From the IMG/VR virus record IMGVR_UViG_3300045988_040622: a DNA stretch of 59,895 nucleotides, one strand, 5' to 3'. Within the stretch, counting starts at the first letter, position 1. Each line of letters starts with the position of its first letter. Below, in pieces: positions 45,452 to 53,851 of this stretch. This DNA comes from a virus. Position numbers and translations under genes: made by a program. The notes under the pieces were generated by a model. The model searched no databases, was not told where the DNA came from, and was given only the letters and a program-made list of their open reading frames with translations.

Positions 45452-47176
45452 TTATATCGGACTTGATATTATTACTGTCTTCTTTATCCTGTTTCCTTTT
45501 GTAATTCTTAACGCAAAGTTTGAGAAAACATCCGGCACATCATCTAATTGTTTCTTGCCCGATACCGAATATTGCTTTAATAATGACATCATCACTCCAT
45601 ATGGCTCATTAGGCTTATAAAGTGATTGATCTTTGAAAATAATATGTTGTAAAATCCAGTTAGAACACTGAAAAATACGTGCTTCCTTATTTGTCTCTGT
45701 CGGTACATCAGTGATGTTGCATATCCATCCTTTATTTTCAACTCGCTTATTAACTTCCATAGCCACTCTGTCACCACCGGCATTACGTTCAAACTCACAC
45801 TCTTGTACCTGATTGTTGACCAATATGTTTGACGCATTTTCATACTGCATTTCATAGTCTGCCGTATTATCGCACACGCAATCAACGCAGTAATAGTCGT
45901 CCCCATATTTTTGAAGCACAGGCATAACAAAATAGTCTGTTCCCTTGCCTTTAGTATCACATTGAGCTGTAACAATTTCTGGTTCTCCGTGTGGCAGATT
46001 GAGGTATCTGCGGATTTTATCATCCGGGAATAGTAATCCCTCACGTTCAATAGGCTCCTGTTTATACAAACATCGGTAAGAGATTTCGTCCATGAGTAAT
46101 TGTTGGTCGGCAAAAAACTCTTTCGTAAAACCGCCATACTCATAATCAAAATTACTTTCCCCTGTCACTGGGTCTACATCAGGAACCGATATTGTTTTGA
46201 CTCTCGGATTTCCAATATACATATTTTGAATACGTCCGATAACATCATGTACGCTCCAACGAGTGGCAATATGTATCTCTTTACACGGCTTTCCGTCTGT
46301 ATCTTGTGTCTTACGCTGTCTTGCGTCTACTGCGTATTTATTCCATAATTTATCAAGTATTGTAGGATTTAAGGCTTCCTCAATTCCACCTATCATATCA
46401 TCAACTAGCAAAAATTTACTTGCACGGACTTTACCAGCATTCTTACTTCCTACAGAAGTACACTGTACAGACGGAAAAGGTTTGTATTTGCCAATATTGA
46501 ATTGCTCCATTTTGGCATTCGTGCTTGTAACTGATAGATTAGGGAAAATGTCATGCCATGCATAATCATCATCATTGGTAACAATGTCGTATACCCCATC
46601 ATAGTACATTCGTGTAATATCGCCACTGTGCGAATAAAATAGGCTGTAGTCTTTTGGGAACCAACCGGCAACTGCCGAATGAAAAAATTTCTCAATCGTA
46701 CTCTTTCCAGCTCCTGGCACTAGACTCACACACAATATGTCGTATTTATCATCAATCATGCCTTGTAATGCGTCCACAAGTCCGATTTTGATTAGTTGTT
46801 TCCTACGTGGCATATAAAATCGGTCTTTAGGCTCACGCTTTTTCTCTATGTACTGAAAATAGCTGTCAACTATTTTGTTTTGGGCTTCGAGTAACAAAAT
46901 CTCATATTTTTTGTTTATCAGATCATATGCGGTTTTGTGGTCGAATGCGTATTTTTCCAAATCCCAAATCGTACCGCCTGTTTTATCCTTGCAGAAACGC
47001 TCTATAATGTCTTTTGCCCTTTCTGTAAGTTGTAATCCATACTCAACATCTTTCTCTCCGTTTATGGCTACGCTACAAGCATCTACATAGGCATTAATTG
47101 CTTGTTCATCTATTCCGTTTTTCTTTATGTAGTTTTCATATCCATTTACTGCATTGATTAACTGCTTTGAAGCCAA
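45452..47176 (-). CDS. terL: Terminase large subunit
   Basis: 574 aa. Walker A is LVPGAGKST and Walker B is KFLLVDDMIGG, with a C-terminal nuclease region. It starts at TTG. Confidence 0.85.
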   Translation of the reverse strand: MASKQLINAVNGYENYIKKNGIDEQAINAYVDACSVAINGEKDVEYGLQLTERAKDIIERFCKDKTGGTIWDLEKYAFDHKTAYDLINKKYEILLLEAQNKIVDSYFQYIEKKREPKDRFYMPRRKQLIKIGLVDALQGMIDDKYDILCVSLVPGAGKSTIEKFFHSAVAGWFPKDYSLFYSHSGDITRMYYDGVYDIVTNDDDYAWHDIFPNLSVTSTNAKMEQFNIGKYKPFPSVQCTSVGSKNAGKVRASKFLLVDDMIGGIEEALNPTILDKLWNKYAVDARQRKTQDTDGKPCKEIHIATRWSVHDVIGRIQNMYIGNPRVKTISVPDVDPVTGESNFDYEYGGFTKEFFADQQLLMDEISYRCLYKQEPIEREGLLFPDDKIRRYLNLPHGEPEIVTAQCDTKGKGTDYFVMPVLQKYGDDYYCVDCVCDNTADYEMQYENASNILVNNQVQECEFERNAGGDRVAMEVNKRVENKGWICNITDVPTETNKEARIFQCSNWILQHIIFKDQSLYKPNEPYGVMMSLLKQYSVSGKKQLDDVPDVFSNFALRITKGNRIKKTVIISSPI

Positions 47177-47208
47177 ATAAAAAGCACCTCCGCAAAAGCA
47201 GAAGTGCC
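47177..47208 (-). terminator. Terminator after rtcB, overlapping the terL ribosome-binding region
   Basis: The minus-strand hairpin GCACUUCUGC-UUUU-GCGGAGGUGC has two G-U pairs. TTTTTATTTG follows, where the final TTG is the terL start. Confidence 0.6.
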
Positions 47209-47272
47209 TTGACCTCTGCCTATAACTGTTTTAGGGTAGCGACTAACTCCATTTGTTAGCCGGTAATTGTTT

Positions 47273-48478
47273 TTATTCGTTTGCTTTGAAATTGTAAATC
47301 GGTTTTATAATGTCAACTATTTCAACAGTGTCTTTTATATTTCCAATTATTTCATCCATTGTTTTATATGCCATAGGACTTTCATCAATCGTAGATGTAT
47401 TTACAGATGTTGTAAATATTCCATCCATTGCTTTTTGATACTCTTCTAGCAAAATGCTTTCTTTTGCCTTTGATCTGCTCATTGTTCGACCTGCTCCATG
47501 CGGTGCTGAATAATTCCAATTTTCATTTCCCTTGCCAATTCCCAAAATGCAACCGTCACGCATGTTTATCGGTATCAGTACCCTTTCCCCCATTTTTGCA
47601 GAAATAGCACCCTTGCGGACAATATTTGAATCATGGTCGATATAATTGTGAATGCACTCGAAGTAATCCGGCATATCTACATCAACGCCCCACTCCATAT
47701 GGTTGCATATAATTTGCGCAATCATGACACGGTTGATATATGCAAACTTCTGACAAATTCTCATATCATGCAGATAATCTTCCCTGTATTTGCCCTCTAA
47801 ATAGCACAAATCCTTTGGAATCTTCGGATTAACTGCCTTGAAATTCCTGTGCAACTCTGCTATCGCACTTTGAATTTCAGATTTTCTTCCGGCGGCTTTG
47901 TACTGTTTGATAAGTCTGTCCTGTTCTTCATACAGTTTATCTTTGCCGCTCATAAGTTCAAATGCAAGGTTTTGATAATAGTCAGCTACCTGTTTCCCGA
48001 GATTACGGCTACCGGTATGAATAACAAGATACTTTTCTCCATCTTCCGCAATATCAATCTCAATGAAGTGATTCCCGCCGCCAAGAGTGCCGATAGACCG
48101 CTCAAGCCGTTTTGTATCTCGTAATTCTCGGTAGCACTTCAAATCCTGTAATTCCTCAAATCTGATGATTCTTCCCTCATGCACATCTCTTCCGCTTGGA
48201 ATATAAGAACGAATCACGTTATCCAGCTTTTCGAAGTCAATATCTGCCTGACCAAGGCTTACGCAAAGCATGCCACAACCAATATCAACGCCGACAATGT
48301 TCGGGATAACCTTTTCCCCAAGGTCTGCCGTAAATCCAATAACACATCCCTTTCCCGCGTGAACATCCGGCATGATACGAACTTTACAATCTTTGAATGC
48401 ATCCTGTGCAAGCAATAATTCAATTTGATCTACCGCTTCCTGTTCAACGTTCTTGGTAAATATTTTCAAATCACTCAT
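47273..48478 (-). CDS. rtcB: RtcB RNA 3'-phosphate ligase
   Basis: 401 aa. MPDVHAGKG, GGGNHFIEI, HTGSRNLG and APHGAGR are the conserved RtcB metal and GTP motifs. Confidence 0.9.
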   Translation of the reverse strand: MSDLKIFTKNVEQEAVDQIELLLAQDAFKDCKVRIMPDVHAGKGCVIGFTADLGEKVIPNIVGVDIGCGMLCVSLGQADIDFEKLDNVIRSYIPSGRDVHEGRIIRFEELQDLKCYRELRDTKRLERSIGTLGGGNHFIEIDIAEDGEKYLVIHTGSRNLGKQVADYYQNLAFELMSGKDKLYEEQDRLIKQYKAAGRKSEIQSAIAELHRNFKAVNPKIPKDLCYLEGKYREDYLHDMRICQKFAYINRVMIAQIICNHMEWGVDVDMPDYFECIHNYIDHDSNIVRKGAISAKMGERVLIPINMRDGCILGIGKGNENWNYSAPHGAGRTMSRSKAKESILLEEYQKAMDGIFTTSVNTSTIDESPMAYKTMDEIIGNIKDTVEIVDIIKPIYNFKANE

Positions 48479-48666
48479 TATCTCTCTCCAATTCTATTGA
48501 TTTTCCCGCATTTCGGACATTTAATTTCAGCCTGTCCGTTGAATTTGCCTAAAAGACGGTTGCATTTGCCGCAACGCGCATCTGTCAATCCCTCCGGTGG
48601 ATTCATACGCTGCGCAAATGCGCCATGCTCTATTGATTCAATTACTTCTGCCATACTCATTTCCAA
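48478..48666 (-). CDS. Com-like zinc-ribbon protein (Mu Com family pattern)
   Basis: ARCGKCNRLLGKFNGQAEIKCPKCGKINRIG. Its TAA shares one base with the rtcB ATG (TAATG). Confidence 0.6.
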   Translation of the reverse strand: MEMSMAEVIESIEHGAFAQRMNPPEGLTDARCGKCNRLLGKFNGQAEIKCPKCGKINRIGER

Positions 48667-48872
48667 TACACCCTAAACCCTTTCGCTTTATACTCTTCTA
48701 CGGCTTTTTTAAGGCTCATATCGTCCTCATACTTTTCATTCAACATAATCACCACATTATCTTTTTCAATGCCGTATATGTTGCAATTAGCAAGTTTCTT
48801 AGCCGTTCCAAGAATAGCTTTTGCTTGCTTGCGGCTCATTTCATAGGTTTGGGTTCCCATATTAACTGTCAT
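48657..48872 (-). CDS. Hypothetical protein
   Basis: 71-aa ORF overlapping the com-like start. Confidence 0.5.
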   Translation of the reverse strand: MTVNMGTQTYEMSRKQAKAILGTAKKLANCNIYGIEKDNVVIMLNEKYEDDMSLKKAVEEYKAKGFRVYWK

Positions 48873-48922
48873 TTCTCATAAACCTCCTTGTTTCCTCAAT
48901 TATTTTAGAGTCTCTAGCGGAA

Positions 48923-49069
48923 GTCATTTCAATATGGCTTTGTGGCAGTCTGCCAAACTTTTCCAAAGCATATTTTCTACCACTTCTCTTGAAATATCTA
49001 TTCCAAAATTTATCATCACTTCTTTAGATGTCGGTTGATACTCTGATAAGGGATTGTCAATGTTATTCA
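48923..49069 (-). CDS. Small hypothetical protein (below the ORF-track cutoff)
   Basis: 48 aa, MNNIDNPLSEYQPTSKEVMINFG... Its ATG overlaps the end of the upstream gene. Confidence 0.3.
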
Positions 49070-49323
49070 TTCTTCATAAACCTCTCAAAATCTTTCCTAC
49101 ACTTAGGGCATAAGTCATATGTACGACCAAACGGAAATAATATGTTTGAATGAATCTCTTTGATTTCTCCCCTTACGTTTCCATCTTCAAAAATGGGACT
49201 TGGAGTAAAATAATCACCAATCGGCATAAATTCAAATTCACTTATTGGTTTTACTTTTATTTCTTCGCCGCACCTGTCGCAAGCGAGCCATTCTTTTTGA
49301 TGTTTCATATAAACCACCCTCAC
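49063..49323 (-). CDS. Zinc-ribbon protein
   Basis: CDRCGEE...CPKCRKD. Confidence 0.5.
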   Translation of the reverse strand: MRVVYMKHQKEWLACDRCGEEIKVKPISEFEFMPIGDYFTPSPIFEDGNVRGEIKEIHSNILFPFGRTYDLCPKCRKDFERFMKNE

Positions 49324-49511
49324 TTATCACATTCGATTCCCGGAATAAATGTTCTTTTACCTATACAAGCATCTTCAAAAGTCGTAGTTTCTATTGAACA
49401 TCCGCAACTAACCGGGTCTAATGGACAATTTTCATGATTAATACATGTGCATAAAATTTCTTTTTCCTGCTTCATCATTCCACCGCCTTTCAAACTAACC
49501 CTAGCATACAT
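49320..49511 (-). CDS. Small Cys-rich protein
   Basis: 63 aa with several Cys. Confidence 0.4.
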   Translation of the reverse strand: MYARVSLKGGGMMKQEKEILCTCINHENCPLDPVSCGCSIETTTFEDACIGKRTFIPGIECDK

Positions 49512-49837
49512 AAAATATCAAGTCCTGATATTCTCTCCGCACCCTCTCTTGTGTGCATAAGAATATCTTTAAGTTTTTCATTTTCTGCATCGCTGTATTT
49601 ATTTCTATCATACGCTTCCGAAAAACAATAATATTTGCAATATCCATAGCCTGTACCAAGCATGTTTCCGTGAATGCTCTTTCCGACAATATCGTAATAT
49701 TTTGGTACTTTTAAAACGTTATGTTCTTCATCCATGGTACATTCCTTTTGCTCTGCTTCTAGTTTTGATTGAAGATATTTTAAAAAACTAACAATATCTT
49801 TTTCCGTTTTGGAAATATATAAAATAGTTTCTTTCAT
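49490..49837 (-). CDS. Hypothetical protein
   Basis: Start is trimmed to MKETILYISKTEKD after GGTGGAAG. Confidence 0.5.
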   Translation of the reverse strand: MKETILYISKTEKDIVSFLKYLQSKLEAEQKECTMDEEHNVLKVPKYYDIVGKSIHGNMLGTGYGYCKYYCFSEAYDRNKYSDAENEKLKDILMHTREGAERISGLDILCMLGLV

Positions 49838-50036
49838 TCTTCCACCAACTTTCTTCCGCAGATAGGGCAATAATTGATTTTTATATATCCAAGGCAACCA
49901 CTGTCTCCTGTGTCGATTAACACGCCAAATCCATTTTCGTCTTTGAAAATAAAATCTCCACCAGCGTATCTTTTTCATAATATTCATCATTGTTCATTGC
50001 TATGTTTTTGCAAAAATCACACATATTACACCTCAA

Positions 50037-50294
50037 TCAAAGTAATTTTTTCGGAACAATACGATGCAAAATGCCGTCCGCATCGCAATATGATTCTTCA
50101 CAATGACACGCCCATGGTTCGGGCATTGACAATCTTATGTAATCATCTAATGACAATTTCTGCGTCGCTGATCCTATAAGACCTAAACTATAATTTCCTG
50201 CATTTTCATATGGAGTTTTGCAATAAGGACACGCCTTTTTATCGGTTTCGATCGGTGTGCCACAATTCACGCAGTTTGTCATATTATACCCCAA
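50037..50294 (-). CDS. Zinc-ribbon protein
   Basis: CVNCG...CPYC. The likely true start is the internal ATG at 50282. Confidence 0.5.
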   Translation of the reverse strand: MGYNMTNCVNCGTPIETDKKACPYCKTPYENAGNYSLGLIGSATQKLSLDDYIRLSMPEPWACHCEESYCDADGILHRIVPKKLL

Positions 50295-50301
50295 TCATAG
50301 C

Positions 50302-50330
50302 AAAAAACGGAATCCTCGTGAGGTTCCGTT
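50302..50330 (-). terminator. Terminator downstream of the tRNA cluster
   Basis: AACGGAA...TTCCGTT stem with inner CCT/AGG pairs, followed by TTTTTTG on the minus strand. Confidence 0.65.
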
Positions 50331-50359
50331 TCTTTCGTTTGATATAAATATTCCGCAAG

Positions 50360-50444
50360 CGCAGTGTATAGGATTCGAACCTACAAGGCGAATAAACGCC
50401 CGACCGGATAGCAACCGGCTCCAATTCCATTATGGGAACACTGC
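50360..50444 (-). tRNA. tRNA-Ser(GCU), type II with long variable arm
   Basis: GCAGTGT...ACACTGC acceptor, anticodon stem GCCGG/CCGGT with loop TTGCTAT, variable arm CGGGCGTTTATTCGCC, T arm GTAGG-TTCGAAT-CCTAT. Confidence 0.75.
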
Positions 50445-50609
50445 CGAATTGACAAGATGCACTCGATCAAAGGCTACCAAACGCATAGGGATATTTTCGA
50501 GTGTCCTGTCTGAACTGCTTTTGTTGTACTTCCTACTCACAGCCTGTTTGTTGTGCGTTTCTTTTATAACCACTCGCATACTCCGCTAAAGAATGCGCAA
50601 GACCTCTCG

Positions 50610-50681
50610 TTGGGATTGCAGGAATCGAACCCGCGACAACCCGGATATAAGCCGTGTCTTCTACCACTGAATTAAATCCCA
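50610..50681 (-). tRNA. tRNA-Ile(UAU)
   Basis: TGGGATT/AATCCCA acceptor, anticodon loop CTTATAT (anticodon TAT), T arm GCGGG-TTCGATT-CCTGC. The anticodon stem has one mismatch. 72 nt. Confidence 0.7.
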
Positions 50682-50687
50682 ATACAG

Positions 50688-50758
50688 TGATCGGTACGAG
50701 ATTCGAACTCGTGTTACCACCGTGAAAGGGTGGTGTCTTACCGCTCGACTAACCGATC
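50688..50758 (-). tRNA. tRNA-Glu(UUC)
   Basis: GATCGGT/ACCGATC acceptor, CCACC-CTTTCAC-GGTGG anticodon arm, ACGAG-TTCGAAT-CTCGT T arm. 71 nt. Confidence 0.85.
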
Positions 50759-50985
50759 ATAACCGCCACGAGACGGTTAGCAATATGTTTTACGTGCTAT
50801 GCGTTACACGATCATGCGCCGTGGGATAGACGCATGATAGAATACCACCGGACGGTCTCGCACCGTCCTTAACAGAATCGTCCTAGTGGCGAAAGGAGGA
50901 ACCCAAATGCTTGAATCACTCAACCAAGGGTTCAAGTACATATGAAAAACATACGTGGCTACATGGAACGTCAGCATGTAACCAA

Positions 50986-51057
50986 TTAGGCTACCGGGAT
51001 TCGAACCCGGGAATACAGGAATCAAAATCCTGTGCCTTACCGCTTGGCGATAGCCCA
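50986..51057 (-). tRNA. tRNA-Gln(UUG)
   Basis: TGGGCTA/TAGCCTA acceptor, CAGGA-TTTTGAT-TCCTG anticodon arm, CCGGG-TTCGAAT-CCCGG T arm. 72 nt. Confidence 0.85.
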
Positions 51058-51264
51058 TCATTTCCAAATGACCATAATATTCATGGCAAAAATCGCGTAT
51101 GAAAGCAAATACCCCATTGCGTTTGAATTGTCTGTCTGCTTTACCTGTCCTCCCATAAGTCCAAGTATTACAAGGGCATCTATCGCCGTAGCGATTATAT
51201 TTAAAATCATATCAATATCCCCCATCCTCAAAGCTGTGTTCCTGTTTGAATCGTTCCATTTCAT
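51058..51264 (-). CDS. Small membrane protein (start uncertain, possibly 51210)
   Basis: Hydrophobic core ILNIIATAIDALVILGLMGG and AMGYLLSYAIFAMNIMVIW. It abuts tRNA-Gln. Confidence 0.4.
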   Translation of the reverse strand: MKWNDSNRNTALRMGDIDMILNIIATAIDALVILGLMGGQVKQTDNSNAMGYLLSYAIFAMNIMVIWK

Positions 51265-51562
51265 TTACACTCATACCGAAGATCCCGGCAGATGAATCAG
51301 AGTCCGTATGTTCGAAATACTCGCCCTGCTGTGGAAACATGAACCGGAACATAGCATAGTTTGCAACATCACACAGATATTCAAGATTCCCGGTCTCTTC
51401 AAACTTGGCAAGGCGCATTTTCAAACTTTCGATTGCATCCACATTCCCTGTGGAAAAGTTCATTCTTGCCGGTCCGTATTTGTAATACGACTGCTCAATC
51501 AAACCTTTGCGCTTTTTATCAAAAGCCGTGGAATACTCGGTTTTCATCAATGTTTCATTCAT
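51212..51562 (-). CDS. Hypothetical protein
   Basis: Start is trimmed to MNETLMKTEYS. 116 aa. Confidence 0.5.
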   Translation of the reverse strand: MNETLMKTEYSTAFDKKRKGLIEQSYYKYGPARMNFSTGNVDAIESLKMRLAKFEETGNLEYLCDVANYAMFRFMFPQQGEYFEHTDSDSSAGIFGMSVNEMERFKQEHSFEDGGY

Positions 51563-51780
51563 TTCCGTTTCTCCTGTTTCTGTTCCCAAAAATCGCATGA
51601 ATGGTCGTATTCTACAAAATCAGCAACATAATCTCGCTTTCTTCGTTTGAACGAACATAACCGTTTGCCTTGACGCATAAGCCATATTTACATGTGCCAC
51701 AACATTCTTTACACTCTGCCATTACACATCACCCTCCGCCCTTCGTTTGGATTTACAACTTTGACCTTTGACGCAGCCTT

Positions 51781-52254
51781 TCAATCCGAGTTCACAATTT
51801 CGTAAATAACATCATCACGATAATTGCCTGTAGCATCTCTAACGCTGTCTTTCAGAACGTGTTTATTTCCGCTATGTTTCTCGCAGAATTTATCATAACT
51901 GCGTTCTGCCGGATTGCCACCGATCATACGCCACTCAACCCGATGTAAAGTTGATGTAAGCTCTTCTAGCTTCTCAAACACGTCTTTCCCGACAACAGGA
52001 TTTCCGCGGTCAAAAGACATCAACCCAAAATTGTAAGCCTTGGATACATAGTAATCAACTTGGTATGAAAGATACCCTATCAACTTATTGTTGCTCACGA
52101 TTGCAAAATCGAATCTTCCATCATCTGGATTATCTGATATTTCCGGAGTCCATTGTCCTAGACATCCGGTTTCAAACAACATGTCTTTCGTGTAGTAAAG
52201 CTTTTGAAACTCTCTTTCAATCTGGTCTCTGTATAGTATCGCAGGTACCAACAT
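51781..52254 (-). CDS. GNAT-family N-acetyltransferase (putative)
   Basis: 157 aa. The NKLIGYLSYQ beta-strand pattern, NPVVGKDVFEKLEEL (Q/RxxGxG-like) and a C-terminal Y..DVIYEI fit GNAT. Confidence 0.5.
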   Translation of the reverse strand: MLVPAILYRDQIEREFQKLYYTKDMLFETGCLGQWTPEISDNPDDGRFDFAIVSNNKLIGYLSYQVDYYVSKAYNFGLMSFDRGNPVVGKDVFEKLEELTSTLHRVEWRMIGGNPAERSYDKFCEKHSGNKHVLKDSVRDATGNYRDDVIYEIVNSD

Positions 52255-52307
52255 ACGTTTTCACCTCTTACTATGTTTTTTGTTTTTAAAAAAATTTTGG
52301 AAATTTA

Positions 52308-52322
52308 GTTGCGATTCGCAAC
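52308..52322. promoter_or_regulatory. Perfect palindrome (candidate operator) just downstream of the island promoter
   Basis: GTTGCGA-T-TCGCAAC, with 7-bp arms. Confidence 0.45.
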
Positions 52323-52346
52323 GTGAAAGTGAATTGTTATAAATTT

Positions 52347-52374
52347 ATTATAGCCTATTTTCGGTGAAAGTCAA
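52347..52374 (-). promoter_or_regulatory. Strong sigma-A-type promoter reading into the GNAT/tRNA island
   Basis: Minus strand TTGACT-16nt-TATAAT. Confidence 0.55.
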
Positions 52375-52671
52375 TGGGTGTTGTTGTAAGTGGCTTTTTA
52401 TTTTTTGAGGAATTTGAGGAACTTAGTAGACGCCCGGTGGTCTTTCTGTCAGACCCCCTCCCCATCCTTTTCTTGCAAACATGGGAATCTAAAATATTTT
52501 CCATTTCGTTTTGTTGTCATTGTGTGAAAATCAAATTGTTTTAATACAATTCATGTCATACCCTTGCAACTATTCGCAAAACCTAACTTTTCCGAATAGT
52601 TCACGAATAGTTGAAACGCTACAACCCTTGGTATTACTGCATTTGTGAATTGTAGAATAAACACACACAAT

Positions 52672-53355
52672 TTAAACTGTATTATTTGCCACTGCATCTG
52701 TGAATTGTGTGTCAATTGCGTGCAATTCTTGACTCTTTTTCTCGTCCAATCTTGGCAGCTCCTGCGCTGTGATTGCCCTTCTTTGGGTGGCATTATCTCC
52801 AATTCCCGGCTGATTCATGCCGAATTCGTTGTTGCCCACGAACATAGTGCCTACAGGGCTGTTGGAGTCATACGCACGATCGAGGATGCAATCTTTACGA
52901 GATCGCTGCAATTTTTGCCAAATCTTAAAAGCCACCGAACTTGATTCCTCGTCTTTCCATAGGTCAAACGTTGTAGTAGGTATATTACAAAAATAACTGA
53001 ATGCTACTGTACTCACTAGTTTACTGTACACATTGGATATATATATATAATAATCACAAAGCTTATATAATACCTCTCTATCATATCTATTGCAGTTAGT
53101 CGGTATAGTTGCATTACCAAGAGGTTTCAAACTCTTGTCTTTTAGTACCGATGTATCCGGGAATAAATGCATACCAACATACTGCATAACAGCTTTCCAC
53201 TGTCTCTGCCCAGCTTTCAACAAATCTTCGATGTGAAATTCTATACAAGCGTTGTCTATTAAATCTTGCACAGTTGATGTATATATCTGTACTGTACCTA
53301 GATCCACTATAAGGGTTGTAAGATCTACATTCTCTACACTCTTTACATCCTGCAT
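52672..53355 (-). CDS. terS: Terminase small subunit (putative)
   Basis: 227 aa. CDYYIYISNVYSKLVSTVAFSYFCNIPTTTFDLW (HTH-like) and NSPVGTMFVGNNEFGMNQ match the usual TerS layout (..GAIFLLKNNFG..). Confidence 0.55.
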   Translation of the reverse strand: MQDVKSVENVDLTTLIVDLGTVQIYTSTVQDLIDNACIEFHIEDLLKAGQRQWKAVMQYVGMHLFPDTSVLKDKSLKPLGNATIPTNCNRYDREVLYKLCDYYIYISNVYSKLVSTVAFSYFCNIPTTTFDLWKDEESSSVAFKIWQKLQRSRKDCILDRAYDSNSPVGTMFVGNNEFGMNQPGIGDNATQRRAITAQELPRLDEKKSQELHAIDTQFTDAVANNTV

Positions 53356-53588
53356 ATACTTTTCGCACCTCCAATCCGTTTTATTTCTCTCTGCTTTTGG
53401 TATACACTATTTTCGGGCTTAAAGTCAAGGCTTAATTTTTTACAGTGGCATTATATACTTACGCCGCGCGCATATGCGGATATACACTTACTCTACAACC
53501 TATAAGCTTTAGATACAGTGTATTATTATTAATCAAAAAAGATTAAGAAAAAGAGAGAGAAAGAGAAACATAGTTCTGAAAAAGCGAC

Positions 53589-53633
53589 GTCAGACGATTG
53601 TGTCGCCTTATGTCAGACGATTGTCAGACGATT
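53589..53633 (+). repeat. Three copies of GTCAGACGATT (iteron-like)
   Basis: Copies at 53589-53599, 53612-53622 and 53623-53633. The 17-mer AGCGACGTCAGACGATT (53583-53599) recurs at 12137-12153 inside the replisome-organizer gene. Confidence 0.6.
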
Positions 53634-53647
53634 TTTACCAAAAACTA

Positions 53648-53677
53648 ATACTATTCTATCATTTTGGGACTTGTCAA
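53648..53677 (-). promoter_or_regulatory. Candidate promoter upstream of terS
   Basis: Minus strand TTGACA-18nt-TAGTAT. The iteron-like repeats lie just downstream. Confidence 0.35.
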
Positions 53678-53851
53678 AGACCTAATGAACCTAGCCTTGT
53701 TTATAAAAATTTAAGAAAAGTTTTATAGTTTGTTTACGATTTTTCGGAGATTTTGTAAGATATGCCCGGGCGCGTTGCTGATTTTGGACATGGCAAAAAG
53801 AAAAGGCAGCCGGAAAAGCTACCCTTTGTTTGAAAATATTCAATTACGTTC

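Noticed and set aside
50804-51067. 87-aa minus-strand ORF across the tRNA cluster.
   Set aside because: It overlaps tRNA-Gln and a structured spacer and has no RBS. The tRNA cloverleaf explains the sequence better.
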